Positions 22,681 through 33,716 of a stretch of 64,000 bases of DNA are shown piece after piece. Made by a program: the position numbers and the translations under genes. The DNA is taken from NCBI RefSeq assembly GCF_009931435.1, contig NZ_CP043414.1. One strand, written 5' to 3'. Position 1 is the first letter of the stretch. Each line of letters begins with the position of its first letter. This DNA is from Escherichia coli. Its GTDB lineage: Bacteria; Pseudomonadota; Gammaproteobacteria; Enterobacterales; Enterobacteriaceae. Below the pieces are notes generated by a model that was not told the origin of the DNA, did not search any database, and was given only the letters and a program-made list of their open reading frames with translations.

Positions 22681-22903
22681 TTTTAACATTCCCATAAGTT
22701 ACGCTTATTTAAAGCGTCGTGAATTTAATGGCGTAAATTCCTGCTATTTATTCGTTTGCTGAAGCGATTTCGCAGCATTTGACGTCATCGCTTTTACGTG
22801 GCTTTATAAAAGACGACGAAAAGCAAAGCCCGAGCATATTCGCGCCAATGCGACGTGAAGGATACAGGGCTATCAAACGATAAGATGGGGTGTCTGGGGT
22901 AAT

Positions 22904-25555
22904 ATGAACGAACAATATTCCGCATTGCGTAGTAATGTCAGTATGCTCGGCAAAGTGCTGGGGGAAACCATCAAGGATGCGTTGGGAGAACACATTCTTG
23001 AACGCGTTGAAACTATCCGTAAGTTGTCCAAATCTTCACGCGCTGGCAATGATGCTAACCGCCAGGAGTTGCTCACCACTTTACAAAATTTGTCGAACGA
23101 CGAGCTGCTGCCCGTTGCGCGTGCGTTTAGTCAGTTCCTGAATCTGGCTAACACCGCCGAGCAATACCATAGCATTTCGCCGAAAGGCGAAGCAGCCAAC
23201 AATCCGGAAGTGATCGCCCGCACCCTGCGTAAACTGAAAAACCAGCCGGAACTGAGCGAAGACACCATCAAAAAAGCAGTGGAATCGCTGTCGCTGGAAC
23301 TGGTCCTCACGGCTCACCCAACCGAAATTACCCGTCGTACGCTGATCCACAAAATGGTGGAAGTGAACGCCTGCTTAAAACAGCTCGACAACAAAGATAT
23401 CGCCGACTACGAACATAACCAACTGATGCGCCGCCTGCGCCAGTTGATCGCCCAGTCATGGCATACCGATGAAATCCGTAAGCTGCGCCCAAGCCCGGTA
23501 GATGAGGCCAAATGGGGCTTTGCCGTAGTAGAAAACAGCCTGTGGCAAGGCGTACCGAATTACCTGCGCGAACTGAACGAACAACTGGAAGAGAACCTCG
23601 GCTACAAACTACCCGTCGAATTTGTTCCGGTGCGTTTTACCTCGTGGATGGGCGGCGACCGCGACGGAAACCCGAACGTCACTGCCGATATCACCCGCCA
23701 CGTCCTGCTGCTCAGCCGCTGGAAAGCCACCGATCTGTTCCTGAAAGATATTCAAGTTCTGGTTTCTGAACTGTCGATGGTTGAAGCAACTCCGGAACTG
23801 CTGGCGCTGGTCGGCGAAGAAGGTGCCGCAGAACCGTATCGCTATCTGATGAAAAACCTGCGTTCCCGCTTGATGGCGACACAGGCATGGCTGGAAGCGC
23901 GCCTGAAAGGTGAAGAAGTACCAAAACCAGAGGGTCTGCTGACGCAGAACGAAGAACTGTGGGAGCCGCTCTACGCTTGCTACCAGTCCCTTCAGGCGTG
24001 TGGCATGGGTATTATTGCCAACGGCGATCTGCTCGACACCCTGCGCCGCGTGAAATGTTTCGGTGTACCGCTGGTCCGTATTGATATCCGTCAGGAGAGC
24101 ACCCGTCATACCGAAGCGCTGGGCGAACTGACCCGCTACCTCGGCATCGGCGACTACGAAAGCTGGTCAGAGGCCGACAAACAGGCGTTCCTGATCCGCG
24201 AACTGAACTCCAAACGCCCTCTTCTGCCGCGTAACTGGCAACCGAGCGCCGAAACGCGCGAAGTACTTGATACCTGTCAGGTAATTGCTGAAGCACCGCA
24301 AGGTTCCATTGCCGCCTACGTGATCTCGATGGCAAAAACGCCGTCCGACGTACTGGCTGTACACCTGCTGCTGAAAGAAGCGGGTATTGGATTTGCGATG
24401 CCGGTTGCACCGCTGTTTGAAACCCTTGATGACCTGAACAACGCCAACGATGTCATGACCCAGTTGCTCAATATCGACTGGTATCGCGGCCTGATTCAGG
24501 GCAAACAGATGGTGATGATTGGCTATTCCGACTCAGCAAAAGATGCGGGGGTGATGGCGGCTTCCTGGGCGCAATATCAGGCACAGGATGCATTAATCAA
24601 AACCTGCGAAAAAGCGGGTATTGAACTGACGCTGTTCCACGGCCGCGGCGGTTCCATTGGTCGCGGCGGCGCACCTGCCCATGCGGCGCTGCTGTCACAA
24701 CCGCCAGGAAGCCTGAAAGGCGGCCTGCGCGTGACCGAACAGGGCGAGATGATCCGCTTTAAATATGGTCTGCCAGAAATCACCGTTAGCAGCCTGTCGC
24801 TGTACACCGGGGCGATTCTGGAAGCCAACCTGCTGCCACCGCCGGAGCCGAAAGAGAGCTGGCGTCGCATTATGGATGAACTGTCAGTCATCTCCTGCGA
24901 TCTCTACCGTGGCTACGTACGTGAAAACAAAGATTTTGTGCCGTACTTCCGCTCCGCTACGCCGGAACAAGAGCTGGGCAAACTGCCGTTGGGTTCACGT
25001 CCGGCGAAACGTCGCCCGACCGGCGGCGTCGAGTCACTGCGCGCCATTCCGTGGATTTTTGCCTGGACACAAAACCGCCTGATGCTCCCCGCCTGGCTGG
25101 GTGCAGGTACGGCGCTGCAAAAAGTGGTCGAAGATGGCAAGCAGAGCGAACTGGAAGCCATGTGCCGCGACTGGCCATTCTTCTCGACGCGTCTCGGCAT
25201 GCTGGAGATGGTCTTCGCCAAAGCAGACCTGTGGCTGGCGGAATACTATGATCAACGTCTGGTAGACAAAGCATTATGGCCGTTAGGTAAAGAGTTACGT
25301 AATCTGCAAGAAGAAGACATCAAAGTGGTGCTGGCGATTGCCAACGATTCTCACCTGATGGCCGATCTGCCGTGGATTGCGGAGTCTATTCAGCTGCGAA
25401 ATATTTACACCGACCCACTGAACGTATTGCAGGCCGAGTTGCTACACCGCTCCCGCCAGGCAGAAAAAGAAGGCCAGGAACCGGATCCTCGCGTCGAGCA
25501 AGCGTTAATGGTTACTATTGCCGGGATTGCGGCAGGTATGCGTAATACCGGCTAA
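22904..25555 (+). CDS. ppc: Phosphoenolpyruvate carboxylase
   Basis: 883-aa [44 protein letters not shown]; full length. Confidence 0.96.
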   Translation: MNEQYSALRSNVSMLGKVLGETIKDALGEHILERVETIRKLSKSSRAGNDANRQELLTTLQNLSNDELLPVARAFSQFLNLANTAEQYHSISPKGEAANNPEVIARTLRKLKNQPELSEDTIKKAVESLSLELVLTAHPTEITRRTLIHKMVEVNACLKQLDNKDIADYEHNQLMRRLRQLIAQSWHTDEIRKLRPSPVDEAKWGFAVVENSLWQGVPNYLRELNEQLEENLGYKLPVEFVPVRFTSWMGGDRDGNPNVTADITRHVLLLSRWKATDLFLKDIQVLVSELSMVEATPELLALVGEEGAAEPYRYLMKNLRSRLMATQAWLEARLKGEEVPKPEGLLTQNEELWEPLYACYQSLQACGMGIIANGDLLDTLRRVKCFGVPLVRIDIRQESTRHTEALGELTRYLGIGDYESWSEADKQAFLIRELNSKRPLLPRNWQPSAETREVLDTCQVIAEAPQGSIAAYVISMAKTPSDVLAVHLLLKEAGIGFAMPVAPLFETLDDLNNANDVMTQLLNIDWYRGLIQGKQMVMIGYSDSAKDAGVMAASWAQYQAQDALIKTCEKAGIELTLFHGRGGSIGRGGAPAHAALLSQPPGSLKGGLRVTEQGEMIRFKYGLPEITVSSLSLYTGAILEANLLPPPEPKESWRRIMDELSVISCDLYRGYVRENKDFVPYFRSATPEQELGKLPLGSRPAKRRPTGGVESLRAIPWIFAWTQNRLMLPAWLGAGTALQKVVEDGKQSELEAMCRDWPFFSTRLGMLEMVFAKADLWLAEYYDQRLVDKALWPLGKELRNLQEEDIKVVLAIANDSHLMADLPWIAESIQLRNIYTDPLNVLQAELLHRSRQAEKEGQEPDPRVEQALMVTIAGIAAGMRNTG

Positions 25556-25573
25556 TCTTCCCCCCTCCTGCAA

Positions 25574-25602
25574 ACCCTCGTGCTTTTGCGCGAGGGTTTT
25601 CT
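25574..25602 (+). terminator. ppc rho-independent terminator
   Basis: ccctcgtgcttttgcgcgagggttttctg: GC stem followed by a T-run immediately after the ppc stop. Confidence 0.55.
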
Positions 25603-25738
25603 GAAATACTTCTGTTCTAACACCCTCGTTTTCAATATATTTCTGTCTGCATTTTATTCAAATTCTGGATATCCCTTCAGATATCCTTAAGGAATTGTCG
25701 TTACATTCGGCGATATTTTTTCAAGACAGGTTCTTACT

Positions 25739-27472
25739 ATGCATTCCACAGAAGTCCAGGCTAAACCTCTTTTTAGCTGGAAAGCCCTGGGTTGGGCACT
25801 GCTCTACTTTTGGTTTTTCTCTACCTTGCTACAGGCCATTATTTATATCAGTGGCTATAGTGGCACCAACGGCATTCGCGACTCGCTGTTATTCAGTTCG
25901 CTGTGGTTGATCCCGGTATTCCTTTTTCCGAAGCGGATTAAAATTATTGCCGCAGTAATCGGCGTAGTGTTATGGGCGGCCTCTCTGGCGGCGCTGTGCT
26001 ACTACGTCATCTACGGTCAGGAGTTCTCGCAGAGCGTTCTGTTTGTGATGTTCGAAACCAACACCAACGAAGCCAGCGAGTATTTAAGCCAGTATTTCAG
26101 CCTGAAAATTGTGCTTATCGCGCTGGCCTATACGGCGGTGGCAGTTCTGCTGTGGACACGCCTGCGCCCGGTCTATATTCCAAAGCCGTGGCGTTATGTT
26201 GTCTCTTTTGCCCTGCTTTATGGCTTGATTCTGCATCCGATCGCCATGAATACGTTTATCAAAAACAAGCCGTTTGAGAAAACGTTGGATAACCTGGCAT
26301 CGCGTATGGAGCCTGCCGCACCGTGGCAATTCCTGACCGGCTATTATCAGTATCGTCAGCAACTAAACTCGCTAACAAAGCTACTGAATGAAAATAATGC
26401 CTTGCCGCCGCTGGCTAATTTCAAAGATGAATCGGGTAACGAACCGCGCACCTTAGTGCTGGTGATTGGCGAGTCGACCCAGCGTGGACGCATGAGTCTG
26501 TACGGTTATCCGCGTGAAACCACGCCGGAGCTGGATGCGCTGCATAAAACCGATCCGAATCTGACCGTGTTTAATAACGTGGTGACGTCTCGTCCGTACA
26601 CCATTGAAATCCTGCAGCAGGCGCTGACTTTTGCCAATGAAAAGAACCCAGATCTGTATCTGACGCAGCCGTCGCTGATGAACATGATGAAACAGGCGGG
26701 TTATAAAACCTTCTGGATCACCAACCAGCAGACGATGACCGCCCGCAATACCATGCTGACGGTATTTTCGCGCCAGACCGACAAGCAGTACTACATGAAC
26801 CAGCAACGTACGCAGAGTGCGCGTGAATACGACACCAACGTGCTGAAGCCGTTCCAGGAAGTGCTGAATGACCCTGCGCCGAAGAAACTGATCATCGTTC
26901 ATCTGCTGGGTACGCATATCAAATACAAATACCGCTACCCGGAAAATCAGGGCAAGTTTGATGGCAATACCGATCATGTTCCGCCGGGACTAAGCGCAGA
27001 AGAGCTGGAGTCATATAACGATTATGATAACGCTAACCTGTATAACGATCATGTGGTTGCCAGCCTGATTAAAGACTTTAAAGCAGCAGACCCGAACGGT
27101 TTCCTGGTTTACTTCTCTGACCACGGTGAAGAGGTTTACGACACGCCACCGCACAAAACTCAGGGGCGTAATGAAGACAATCCGACGCGCCACATGTACA
27201 CCATTCCGTTCTTGCTGTGGACGTCAGAAAAATGGCAGGCAACTCATCCGCGTGATTTCTCGCAGGATGTTGATCGTAAATACAGCCTGGCGGAACTGAT
27301 CCACACCTGGTCAGATTTGGCGGGCTTATCTTACGACGGTTACGATCCAACCCGTTCAGTGGTGAATCCGCAGTTCAAAGAAACTACCCGCTGGATTGGT
27401 AACCCGTACAAGAAAAACGCGCTGATCGATTACGACACTCTGCCGTATGGCGATCAGGTGGGTAATCAGTAA
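25739..27472 (+). CDS. eptC: Phosphoethanolamine transferase (sulfatase-family, inner membrane)
   Basis: 577-aa ORF with N-terminal transmembrane region and C-terminal sulfatase-like domain; position after ppc matches eptC (yijP). Confidence 0.9.
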   Translation: MHSTEVQAKPLFSWKALGWALLYFWFFSTLLQAIIYISGYSGTNGIRDSLLFSSLWLIPVFLFPKRIKIIAAVIGVVLWAASLAALCYYVIYGQEFSQSVLFVMFETNTNEASEYLSQYFSLKIVLIALAYTAVAVLLWTRLRPVYIPKPWRYVVSFALLYGLILHPIAMNTFIKNKPFEKTLDNLASRMEPAAPWQFLTGYYQYRQQLNSLTKLLNENNALPPLANFKDESGNEPRTLVLVIGESTQRGRMSLYGYPRETTPELDALHKTDPNLTVFNNVVTSRPYTIEILQQALTFANEKNPDLYLTQPSLMNMMKQAGYKTFWITNQQTMTARNTMLTVFSRQTDKQYYMNQQRTQSAREYDTNVLKPFQEVLNDPAPKKLIIVHLLGTHIKYKYRYPENQGKFDGNTDHVPPGLSAEELESYNDYDNANLYNDHVVASLIKDFKAADPNGFLVYFSDHGEEVYDTPPHKTQGRNEDNPTRHMYTIPFLLWTSEKWQATHPRDFSQDVDRKYSLAELIHTWSDLAGLSYDGYDPTRSVVNPQFKETTRWIGNPYKKNALIDYDTLPYGDQVGNQ

Positions 27473-27544
27473 ATGACCTTTGTATCGCGTCTGGCGCTAT
27501 TTGCCGGATGCGATACTGGCACAATGTTTACATCGCACTCCCAT

Positions 27545-27576
27545 CAGGCCACACTTTTCAGGTGGCCTTTTTTCAT
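27545..27576 (+). terminator. Rho-independent terminator after eptC
   Basis: caggccacacttttcaggtggccttttttca hairpin plus T-run. Confidence 0.5.
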
Positions 27577-27620
27577 AATGCCAGTTACTGTTTTCCCGTC
27601 TACATACCTAAGGGAATAAC

Positions 27621-28472
27621 ATGTATCACGACGTCAGCTATCTGCTCTCCCGCCTGATAAACGGCCCGCTGTCGCTGCGCCAGATTTACTTTGCCAGCAG
27701 CAACGGTCCGGCGCCCGATCTTGCGTATCAGGTCGATTTTCCACGGCTGGAAATAGTGCTGGAAGGTGAATTTGTTGATACCGGCGCTGGCGCAACGTTA
27801 GTTCCCGGCGATGTGCTGTACGTTCCCGCTGGTGGCTGGAATTTTCCACAATGGCAAGCCCCCGCCACTACCTTTAGCGTGCTGTTTGGCAAACAGCAAC
27901 TCGGCTTCAGCGTCGTGCAATGGGATGGCAAACAATATCAAAATCTGGCGAAGCAACACGTCGCCCGACGCGGCCCGCGCATTGGTTCTTTTCTGCTACA
28001 AACGCTCAATGAAATGCAAATGCAGTCGCAGGAGCAGCAAACGGCCAGACTTATCGTCGCTAGCCTGCTTAGCCACTGCCGCGATTTGCTTGGCAGCCAA
28101 ATCCAGACCGCCTCACGCAGCCAGGCACTATTCGAAGCTATTCGCGATTATATCGACGAACGCTATGCCTCCGCGCTTACCCGCGAATCTGTCGCACAGG
28201 CGTTCTATATTTCGCCAAATTACCTCTCGCACCTGTTTCAAAAAACGGGGGCTATTGGATTTAACGAATACCTGAATCACACGCGACTGGAACACGCTAA
28301 GACGTTATTGAAAGGCTATGACCTGAAGGTAAAAGAAGTGGCGCACGCCTGCGGCTTTGTTGACAGCAACTACTTCTGCCGTCTGTTTCGTAAAAACACC
28401 GAACGCTCGCCGTCGGAATATCGTCGGCAATACCATAGCCAACTGACAGAAAAATCGACTACTCCAGAATAA
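27621..28472 (+). CDS. yijO: AraC-family transcriptional regulator
   Basis: 283-aa ORF with C-terminal AraC HTH (YLSHLFQKTGAIGFNEYLNHTRLEHAKTLLKGYDLKVKEVAHACGFVDSNYFCRLFRK). Confidence 0.88.
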   Translation: MYHDVSYLLSRLINGPLSLRQIYFASSNGPAPDLAYQVDFPRLEIVLEGEFVDTGAGATLVPGDVLYVPAGGWNFPQWQAPATTFSVLFGKQQLGFSVVQWDGKQYQNLAKQHVARRGPRIGSFLLQTLNEMQMQSQEQQTARLIVASLLSHCRDLLGSQIQTASRSQALFEAIRDYIDERYASALTRESVAQAFYISPNYLSHLFQKTGAIGFNEYLNHTRLEHAKTLLKGYDLKVKEVAHACGFVDSNYFCRLFRKNTERSPSEYRRQYHSQLTEKSTTPE

Positions 28473-28800
28473 GATGGGTTTGCTGCGGCGCAGAAAGCAC
28501 TTTACGCACCGCGCTCATCACCCGCTGCGGCTCACGCAGGAACGCGTAGATGCTGCATTGCACGTAGCGGCAATGTTCAAATCGCTCAGCACCGGCAAGT
28601 TCAATATCCGTAATCAACAGCGCAACATCCGCCCGGCGGATATCCTCGTCCGCTAAACGATTCTCCGTTCCCAAAGCACCCTGAGTTTCAATGCTGACGC
28701 CCCACTTCTCTAACTGGCACAACTTTTCCAGCCGTTCCGCCGCCATATAAGTATGCGCCACGCCACTGACGCAGGCGGTTACTGCCACCAGGTATGCCAT
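28459..28800 (-). CDS. frwD: PTS fructose-like EIIB component
   Basis: 113-aa ORF MAYLVAVTACVSGVAHTYMAAERLEK with the PTS IIB cysteine motif. Confidence 0.88.
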   Translation of the reverse strand: MAYLVAVTACVSGVAHTYMAAERLEKLCQLEKWGVSIETQGALGTENRLADEDIRRADVALLITDIELAGAERFEHCRYVQCSIYAFLREPQRVMSAVRKVLSAPQQTHLILE

Positions 28801-28801
28801 T

Positions 28802-29680
28802 TTAACCTCCCACGGTAACCTGAAATCCGGCCCGTTCTGCCATTTCGCGCATCGTTGTCACATCGGCTGACGACGGCGCAGGCACCTCTTTCATCGACCA
28901 TGTTTTCCCCAGCAGGCGGTATTTCGGTTCGCCGTACTGGTGAAACGGTAACAGATGGATCTGCCTGATATTCAGCGGGATCAGTACGTCCAGCGCCTGC
29001 TGCATATTCTCCCGACTGAGCGTGAAACCTGGGATCAGTGGCAAGCGCGGTATCACATTAACACCTTCGCTCACCAGCAAACGTAGGTTCTCCAACACGC
29101 GCGGCAGGTTCATCTTCACCACATCCCGCGCCTGAGTTGCATCCATTATTTTTAAATCGAACAACACTTCATCGCACAATTTCGCCAGCGGTAACAGCTT
29201 GCTGGCTGGAGCGTCTCCGGCAGTTTCGATGGCGCATGACACGCCCCACAGACGAAGTCGCTGTAAAAAACGGGTAGCAAACTCCGCCTGCATTAACACT
29301 TCGCCGCCAGAAAGCGTGACGCCACCGCCGGACGCGCGAAAGAAAATGTCATCTTTCATCACTTCCCGCTCCAGCGCGTCAAGGCTGATATCGCGACCAA
29401 TCCGTTCAAATGCGCCGGAGGGGCATTCATCCGCATCACGCAAACATTTTGCGCAGTGCAGGCATTTCGCCTCTCTGCGCACCGTCTGGATTTTGCCGGA
29501 GATCGACTCCGGATTAGCACACCACGGGCAAAGATGCGGGCAGCCTTTAAAAAAGACCACCGTACGAATGCCCTCGCCGTCATTCAGTGAATAACGCTGA
29601 ATGTTGAAAATGCGCGCCACATCATCGCGGCGCGTTTCCACAACGTTACAGCTGATGCGCTGTCCGGCGGATGATGTCAT
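28802..29680 (-). CDS. pflC: Glycyl-radical enzyme activase (pyruvate formate-lyase 2 activating enzyme)
   Basis: ORF 28802..29749; start placed at MTSSAGQRISCNVVETRRDD (292 aa); radical-SAM CxxxCxxC (CPHLCPWC) present. Confidence 0.9.
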   Translation of the reverse strand: MTSSAGQRISCNVVETRRDDVARIFNIQRYSLNDGEGIRTVVFFKGCPHLCPWCANPESISGKIQTVRREAKCLHCAKCLRDADECPSGAFERIGRDISLDALEREVMKDDIFFRASGGGVTLSGGEVLMQAEFATRFLQRLRLWGVSCAIETAGDAPASKLLPLAKLCDEVLFDLKIMDATQARDVVKMNLPRVLENLRLLVSEGVNVIPRLPLIPGFTLSRENMQQALDVLIPLNIRQIHLLPFHQYGEPKYRLLGKTWSMKEVPAPSSADVTTMREMAERAGFQVTVGG

Positions 29681-31943
29681 CCTGGATCTCCTTCGACAGT
29701 TCGACAAAGAAGGCGCTGTATCCGGCAACGCGCACCACCAGCCCGGCATAATCTTGTGGGCGCTGTTGAGCTTCCCGCAACGTGTCAGCGTTCACCACGT
29801 TAAACTGAATATGCTGCAACTTAAGCTGGGTAAATGCCCGTAAGAAGTCGGCCAGTTTGCGTAATCCCGCTTCACCTTCCAGGGTCGCCGGAGTGAATTT
29901 CACGTTCAGCAATGTACCGTTAGAAAGCAGCGTGTTATCGAGCTTGCTGACTGATTTCAGTACCGCCGTTGGTCCTTGTGCATCCTGGCCCAGCATGGGA
30001 GACAAACCACCGTCTGCCAGTTGTTCCCCGGCAAAACGGCCGTCTGGCGTCGCACCAACCACCGATCCCAACGGGACGTGAGCAGAAACGGTATACGATC
30101 CCGGCGTGAAGTAGCCACCGCGCGGGTTCTGGTATTTTTCCACTTCTTTGCAGTAATGACGCAGGAGTTCGGCGCTAATGTTATCCACCTCGTCGATATC
30201 GTTACCGTATTTCTCAAAGCGGTTAATTAAGCGAGCGCGGACTTTTTCGCCTTCTGGCGTTGCGAAGTTGGCTTTTAATACCGACAGCAATTCGTCAAAA
30301 CTTAAACGCTGTTGCTCAAAAACCATCCCTTTCAACGCATGGAGAGAATCGCTCAGGTTGGCGATACCGATCCCCTGTACGCCGGAGAAGTTATAACGCG
30401 CGCCGCCATCGGTAATATCGCGGCCTTTTTCCAGACAATCGCTGATAAACGACGAGAGCAGCGGTACAGGAGCCCAGTCACGGTGACCGATATCACAAAT
30501 ATTGCTGCCTTCAACCATCAGGGTGATGTAGTGGCTGATCTTGGCGCGGATCTGTTCCAGCAAACCTTCATAACTCAGCGTGGCATTACCTTCATTTTCA
30601 TGCAGGCAGATTTCCATCACTTTCAGCAGGTTAAACATCGCGATGTCATGCAGACCATAGGTTCTGCCAGGAATAGATAACTCCACGCAACCCACTACGG
30701 AATAATCGCGCGCATCTTCCAGCGAAACTCCACGATTGAGGAACGCTGGCACCACCACTTCATCGTTGAAGATTTGCGGAATACCCGTGCCGAGGCGAAT
30801 GGTTTCTGCGGTTTTCATCAGGAACGGCGTGTCGATCAAGGCGTTAGTGCGCACACCCAGGTTCGGTTGTGGTAATTGCACGCTTTGATAGGCATCGAGG
30901 CAAAGGAACGAAAGCACGTTCACCGCGCTACGTCCGTTTTCGGTTAACCCACCGAGCAGGGCGGTATAGCCGGTCGGGAAACCTGCAAAATAGCGCGCGC
31001 TGCTGGTGGAGCGTAACAGCACGATGTCGTTGCATTTCACCCATAAAGATTCGAGCAGTTCTTTCAGGAACGCCGGATCTTCGCCCTGGGTTAATGATGC
31101 CTGATAGAACGGCAACATATACTGGTCGAAGCGCCCTAAAGACAGCGAGCTGGCGTTGGATTCGTATTGCAGAATGATGTTCATGTACCAGAACAACTGG
31201 CACGCTTGCCAGAACGTCTGCGGCTTATGTTCGGCGTTATGGCGGGAGATCTCCGCGATAGTCAGCAGTTCTTCGCGACGCTGGGCATCAGTGCAGTTTG
31301 CCGCCATCGTTTCCGCCAGTTCGGCGTAACGCAAAATGTGTTTCTGCGAGGCTTCGAGCAATAACAGCGCAGCCTGATAAAAGTGATTCTCCGGCTGTTG
31401 CTGGCAATGTTGCTGCATCTGCGCCACCAGCTCACCCAGCCCGTGATTCAGCAGGCGCGGGTAATCAATAATGATGTGCCCCTGGCCTTTATCTGTCTGG
31501 TTGATACTGAAAATCTGCGTGCTGGTCGCGACTTTTACTTCATCCGTCATCTGCCCGTTGATGAAATCTTTCATCGAACGTTTTTCCCAGTATGGGAACA
31601 GTTCTTCGCGGTAGATACGTTTATCTTCTTCACTAATGGCGAAGCGGTCCTGCGGTCGCGTCGGAAATTGATCCAGCTCTTTCAGCAGCCAGTAAGGGGC
31701 CATTTCCGGCGACATAATCCCGGCGCGCGGTTTTACGGTACGGTTACCAGCAATCAGTTCTTCATCACGAATCGAAATTTCAACATGTTCAAGGATATAC
31801 GCTGTTGCTTTCGCCCGGCGCAATATCACTGGTTCGCCTTCGGTTTGCCGATGGCTGGCGGTATAAAGCAGCGCCCGCTCCAGCGAGATTTCACGGGTAT
31901 TAGCAAACAGTGCAGTTTTAAGGCGAGAGATACGATTCGTCAT
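29646..31943 (-). CDS. pflD: Glycyl-radical enzyme, pyruvate formate-lyase 2 homologue
   Basis: 765-aa ORF ending with the glycyl-radical motif region (VRVAGYSAFFVEL); its 3' end overlaps the pflC start. Confidence 0.93.
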   Translation of the reverse strand: MTNRISRLKTALFANTREISLERALLYTASHRQTEGEPVILRRAKATAYILEHVEISIRDEELIAGNRTVKPRAGIMSPEMAPYWLLKELDQFPTRPQDRFAISEEDKRIYREELFPYWEKRSMKDFINGQMTDEVKVATSTQIFSINQTDKGQGHIIIDYPRLLNHGLGELVAQMQQHCQQQPENHFYQAALLLLEASQKHILRYAELAETMAANCTDAQRREELLTIAEISRHNAEHKPQTFWQACQLFWYMNIILQYESNASSLSLGRFDQYMLPFYQASLTQGEDPAFLKELLESLWVKCNDIVLLRSTSSARYFAGFPTGYTALLGGLTENGRSAVNVLSFLCLDAYQSVQLPQPNLGVRTNALIDTPFLMKTAETIRLGTGIPQIFNDEVVVPAFLNRGVSLEDARDYSVVGCVELSIPGRTYGLHDIAMFNLLKVMEICLHENEGNATLSYEGLLEQIRAKISHYITLMVEGSNICDIGHRDWAPVPLLSSFISDCLEKGRDITDGGARYNFSGVQGIGIANLSDSLHALKGMVFEQQRLSFDELLSVLKANFATPEGEKVRARLINRFEKYGNDIDEVDNISAELLRHYCKEVEKYQNPRGGYFTPGSYTVSAHVPLGSVVGATPDGRFAGEQLADGGLSPMLGQDAQGPTAVLKSVSKLDNTLLSNGTLLNVKFTPATLEGEAGLRKLADFLRAFTQLKLQHIQFNVVNADTLREAQQRPQDYAGLVVRVAGYSAFFVELSKEIQDDIIRRTAHQL

Positions 31944-31993
31944 GAGGAACTCCTGTGGGGAAGCGAACCCGCCCTTGCGAGCGGGATAAGGAC

Positions 31994-32314
31994 TTAAGCG
32001 GTTTGTGCCAGGTGAGCTTCAATTTTGCTCATAATGGCGTCAGCGCGTTTTACCGCGTCGCTGATGTTGACGCGCACAATGGTCTTGCCAGCAAAACGCT
32101 CTTCAAACTTGATGCCGATATCTTTGGTCAGAATCACCATATCGGCGCTCGCCACGTCTTCCGCAGTCAGTTCATTTTCCAGACCAATCGAGCCCTGAGT
32201 TTCTACTTTCACTTCCCAACCTTTCGCTTTCGCAGCGCTTTCAAGCGCCTCTGCCGCCATATAAGTATGGGCAACACCAGATGGACATGCGGTTACTGCA
32301 ATAATTTTCGTCAT
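31994..32314 (-). CDS. frwB: PTS fructose-like EIIB component
   Basis: 106-aa ORF MTKIIAVTACPSGVAHTYMAAEALESAAKAKGWEVKVETQG. Confidence 0.9.
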   Translation of the reverse strand: MTKIIAVTACPSGVAHTYMAAEALESAAKAKGWEVKVETQGSIGLENELTAEDVASADMVILTKDIGIKFEERFAGKTIVRVNISDAVKRADAIMSKIEAHLAQTA

Positions 32315-32328
32315 GGCTCGTTCCTCAA

Positions 32329-33408
32329 TTAATTAATTTCAAAATCCAGATCCAGGTCGTCTTCCTTCTCATCAGTCGAAGGCCCATTTTTACGCGCCAG
32401 ACTTTTCAGCACGTTCACACAAACTGCTGTCACTACTGCCCCGACAGCCACTGCTGCGATATAACCCAGCTTGCCTTCAACCACAGGCAGCACAATCAGA
32501 CCACCCCAGCCTGCATAGCATTGCGCACCGACCAGCGCCGCAGTCACTGCACCACAAACTGAACCGACCATGATGGAAGGAATGACACGCAGCGGATCGG
32601 CAGCGGCGAAAGGAATCGCCCCTTCAGTAACCCCAACACACCCCATCACCAACGCCGCTTTGCCGGTTTCGCGCTCTTCTGCGGAGAAATTTTTACGACC
32701 AATCAGCGTCGCCAGCCCCATCCCCAGCGGCGGGATACAAATACCCACGGCAGCAATGGCCACCACGGTATATACACCCTGAGCAACGCAAATCAGCATG
32801 AAGGCATAGGCCACTTTGTTAACCGGACCACCCATATCGAACGCCAGCATCAGACCCATGATCACCGCCAGCATGACAATGCTGCCCTGCTGCATCCCCT
32901 GTAGCCACTGAGTCAGGCTGTTGGTCAACGCACCCACCGGCTCGCCCAGTCCCCACATCATGACACCAGCGGTAATCAGTGTGCCGACGATCGGAATGAT
33001 GAAGATTGGCATCACCGAGCGCAGAACTTTATGCACCGGAATTTTCTTCAGATAATGCACCACGATGCCGCCGATAATCCCTGCGATCAGCGCACCAAAG
33101 AAGCCCGCGCCAAAGCTGTTACCAACCCAGGCACCGATGGCGCACGGAGCCAGCGCAGAACGTTCTGCAATGGAATAACCGATGTACGCTGCGAGGAAAG
33201 GCACCATCAGCGTCAACCCCGCAACGCCGATATCAAACAGTTTTTTCAGATTCGGATCGGCTACGGCATCCGGCACTGCACCTTTGCCATACAACATGAC
33301 GGAAACCGCCAGCAAAATACCGCCCGATACCACGAAGGGAATCATGTGTGAAACGCCCGTCATTAAATGCTGACGGGTATTTTTCAGGATCTGCACCAAC
33401 TCATTCAT
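32329..33408 (-). CDS. frwC: PTS fructose-like EIIC component
   Basis: 359-aa polytopic membrane ORF immediately upstream of frwB. Confidence 0.9.
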   Translation of the reverse strand: MNELVQILKNTRQHLMTGVSHMIPFVVSGGILLAVSVMLYGKGAVPDAVADPNLKKLFDIGVAGLTLMVPFLAAYIGYSIAERSALAPCAIGAWVGNSFGAGFFGALIAGIIGGIVVHYLKKIPVHKVLRSVMPIFIIPIVGTLITAGVMMWGLGEPVGALTNSLTQWLQGMQQGSIVMLAVIMGLMLAFDMGGPVNKVAYAFMLICVAQGVYTVVAIAAVGICIPPLGMGLATLIGRKNFSAEERETGKAALVMGCVGVTEGAIPFAAADPLRVIPSIMVGSVCGAVTAALVGAQCYAGWGGLIVLPVVEGKLGYIAAVAVGAVVTAVCVNVLKSLARKNGPSTDEKEDDLDLDFEIN

Positions 33409-33716
33409 AAGCTGCTCCCGGGCTTGTGAAAGCCCATGTCCATATTTTTGATGAAGGAAACAATAGGCAATCGCAGGCAGAGCAAACAGTGGATAAAAAG
33501 GCCATTTACTGGACTTTTGTAATATCAGTACAAAAATGCGATCCGCCTCATAACTTGCGATAACCCGGAAGCCTGCCGCAAAACGGCGTCTTGTGAGACG
33601 TGTCGCAAATTGACGGTTACATTACATTTGTCCAGCTTTTGGCAGTTTTGTCACATGGCAGGCCGTTGCCGTGCGCTCTTATCCTGTAAACAGAAAACCG
33701 TACCGGGAGAGAGGCA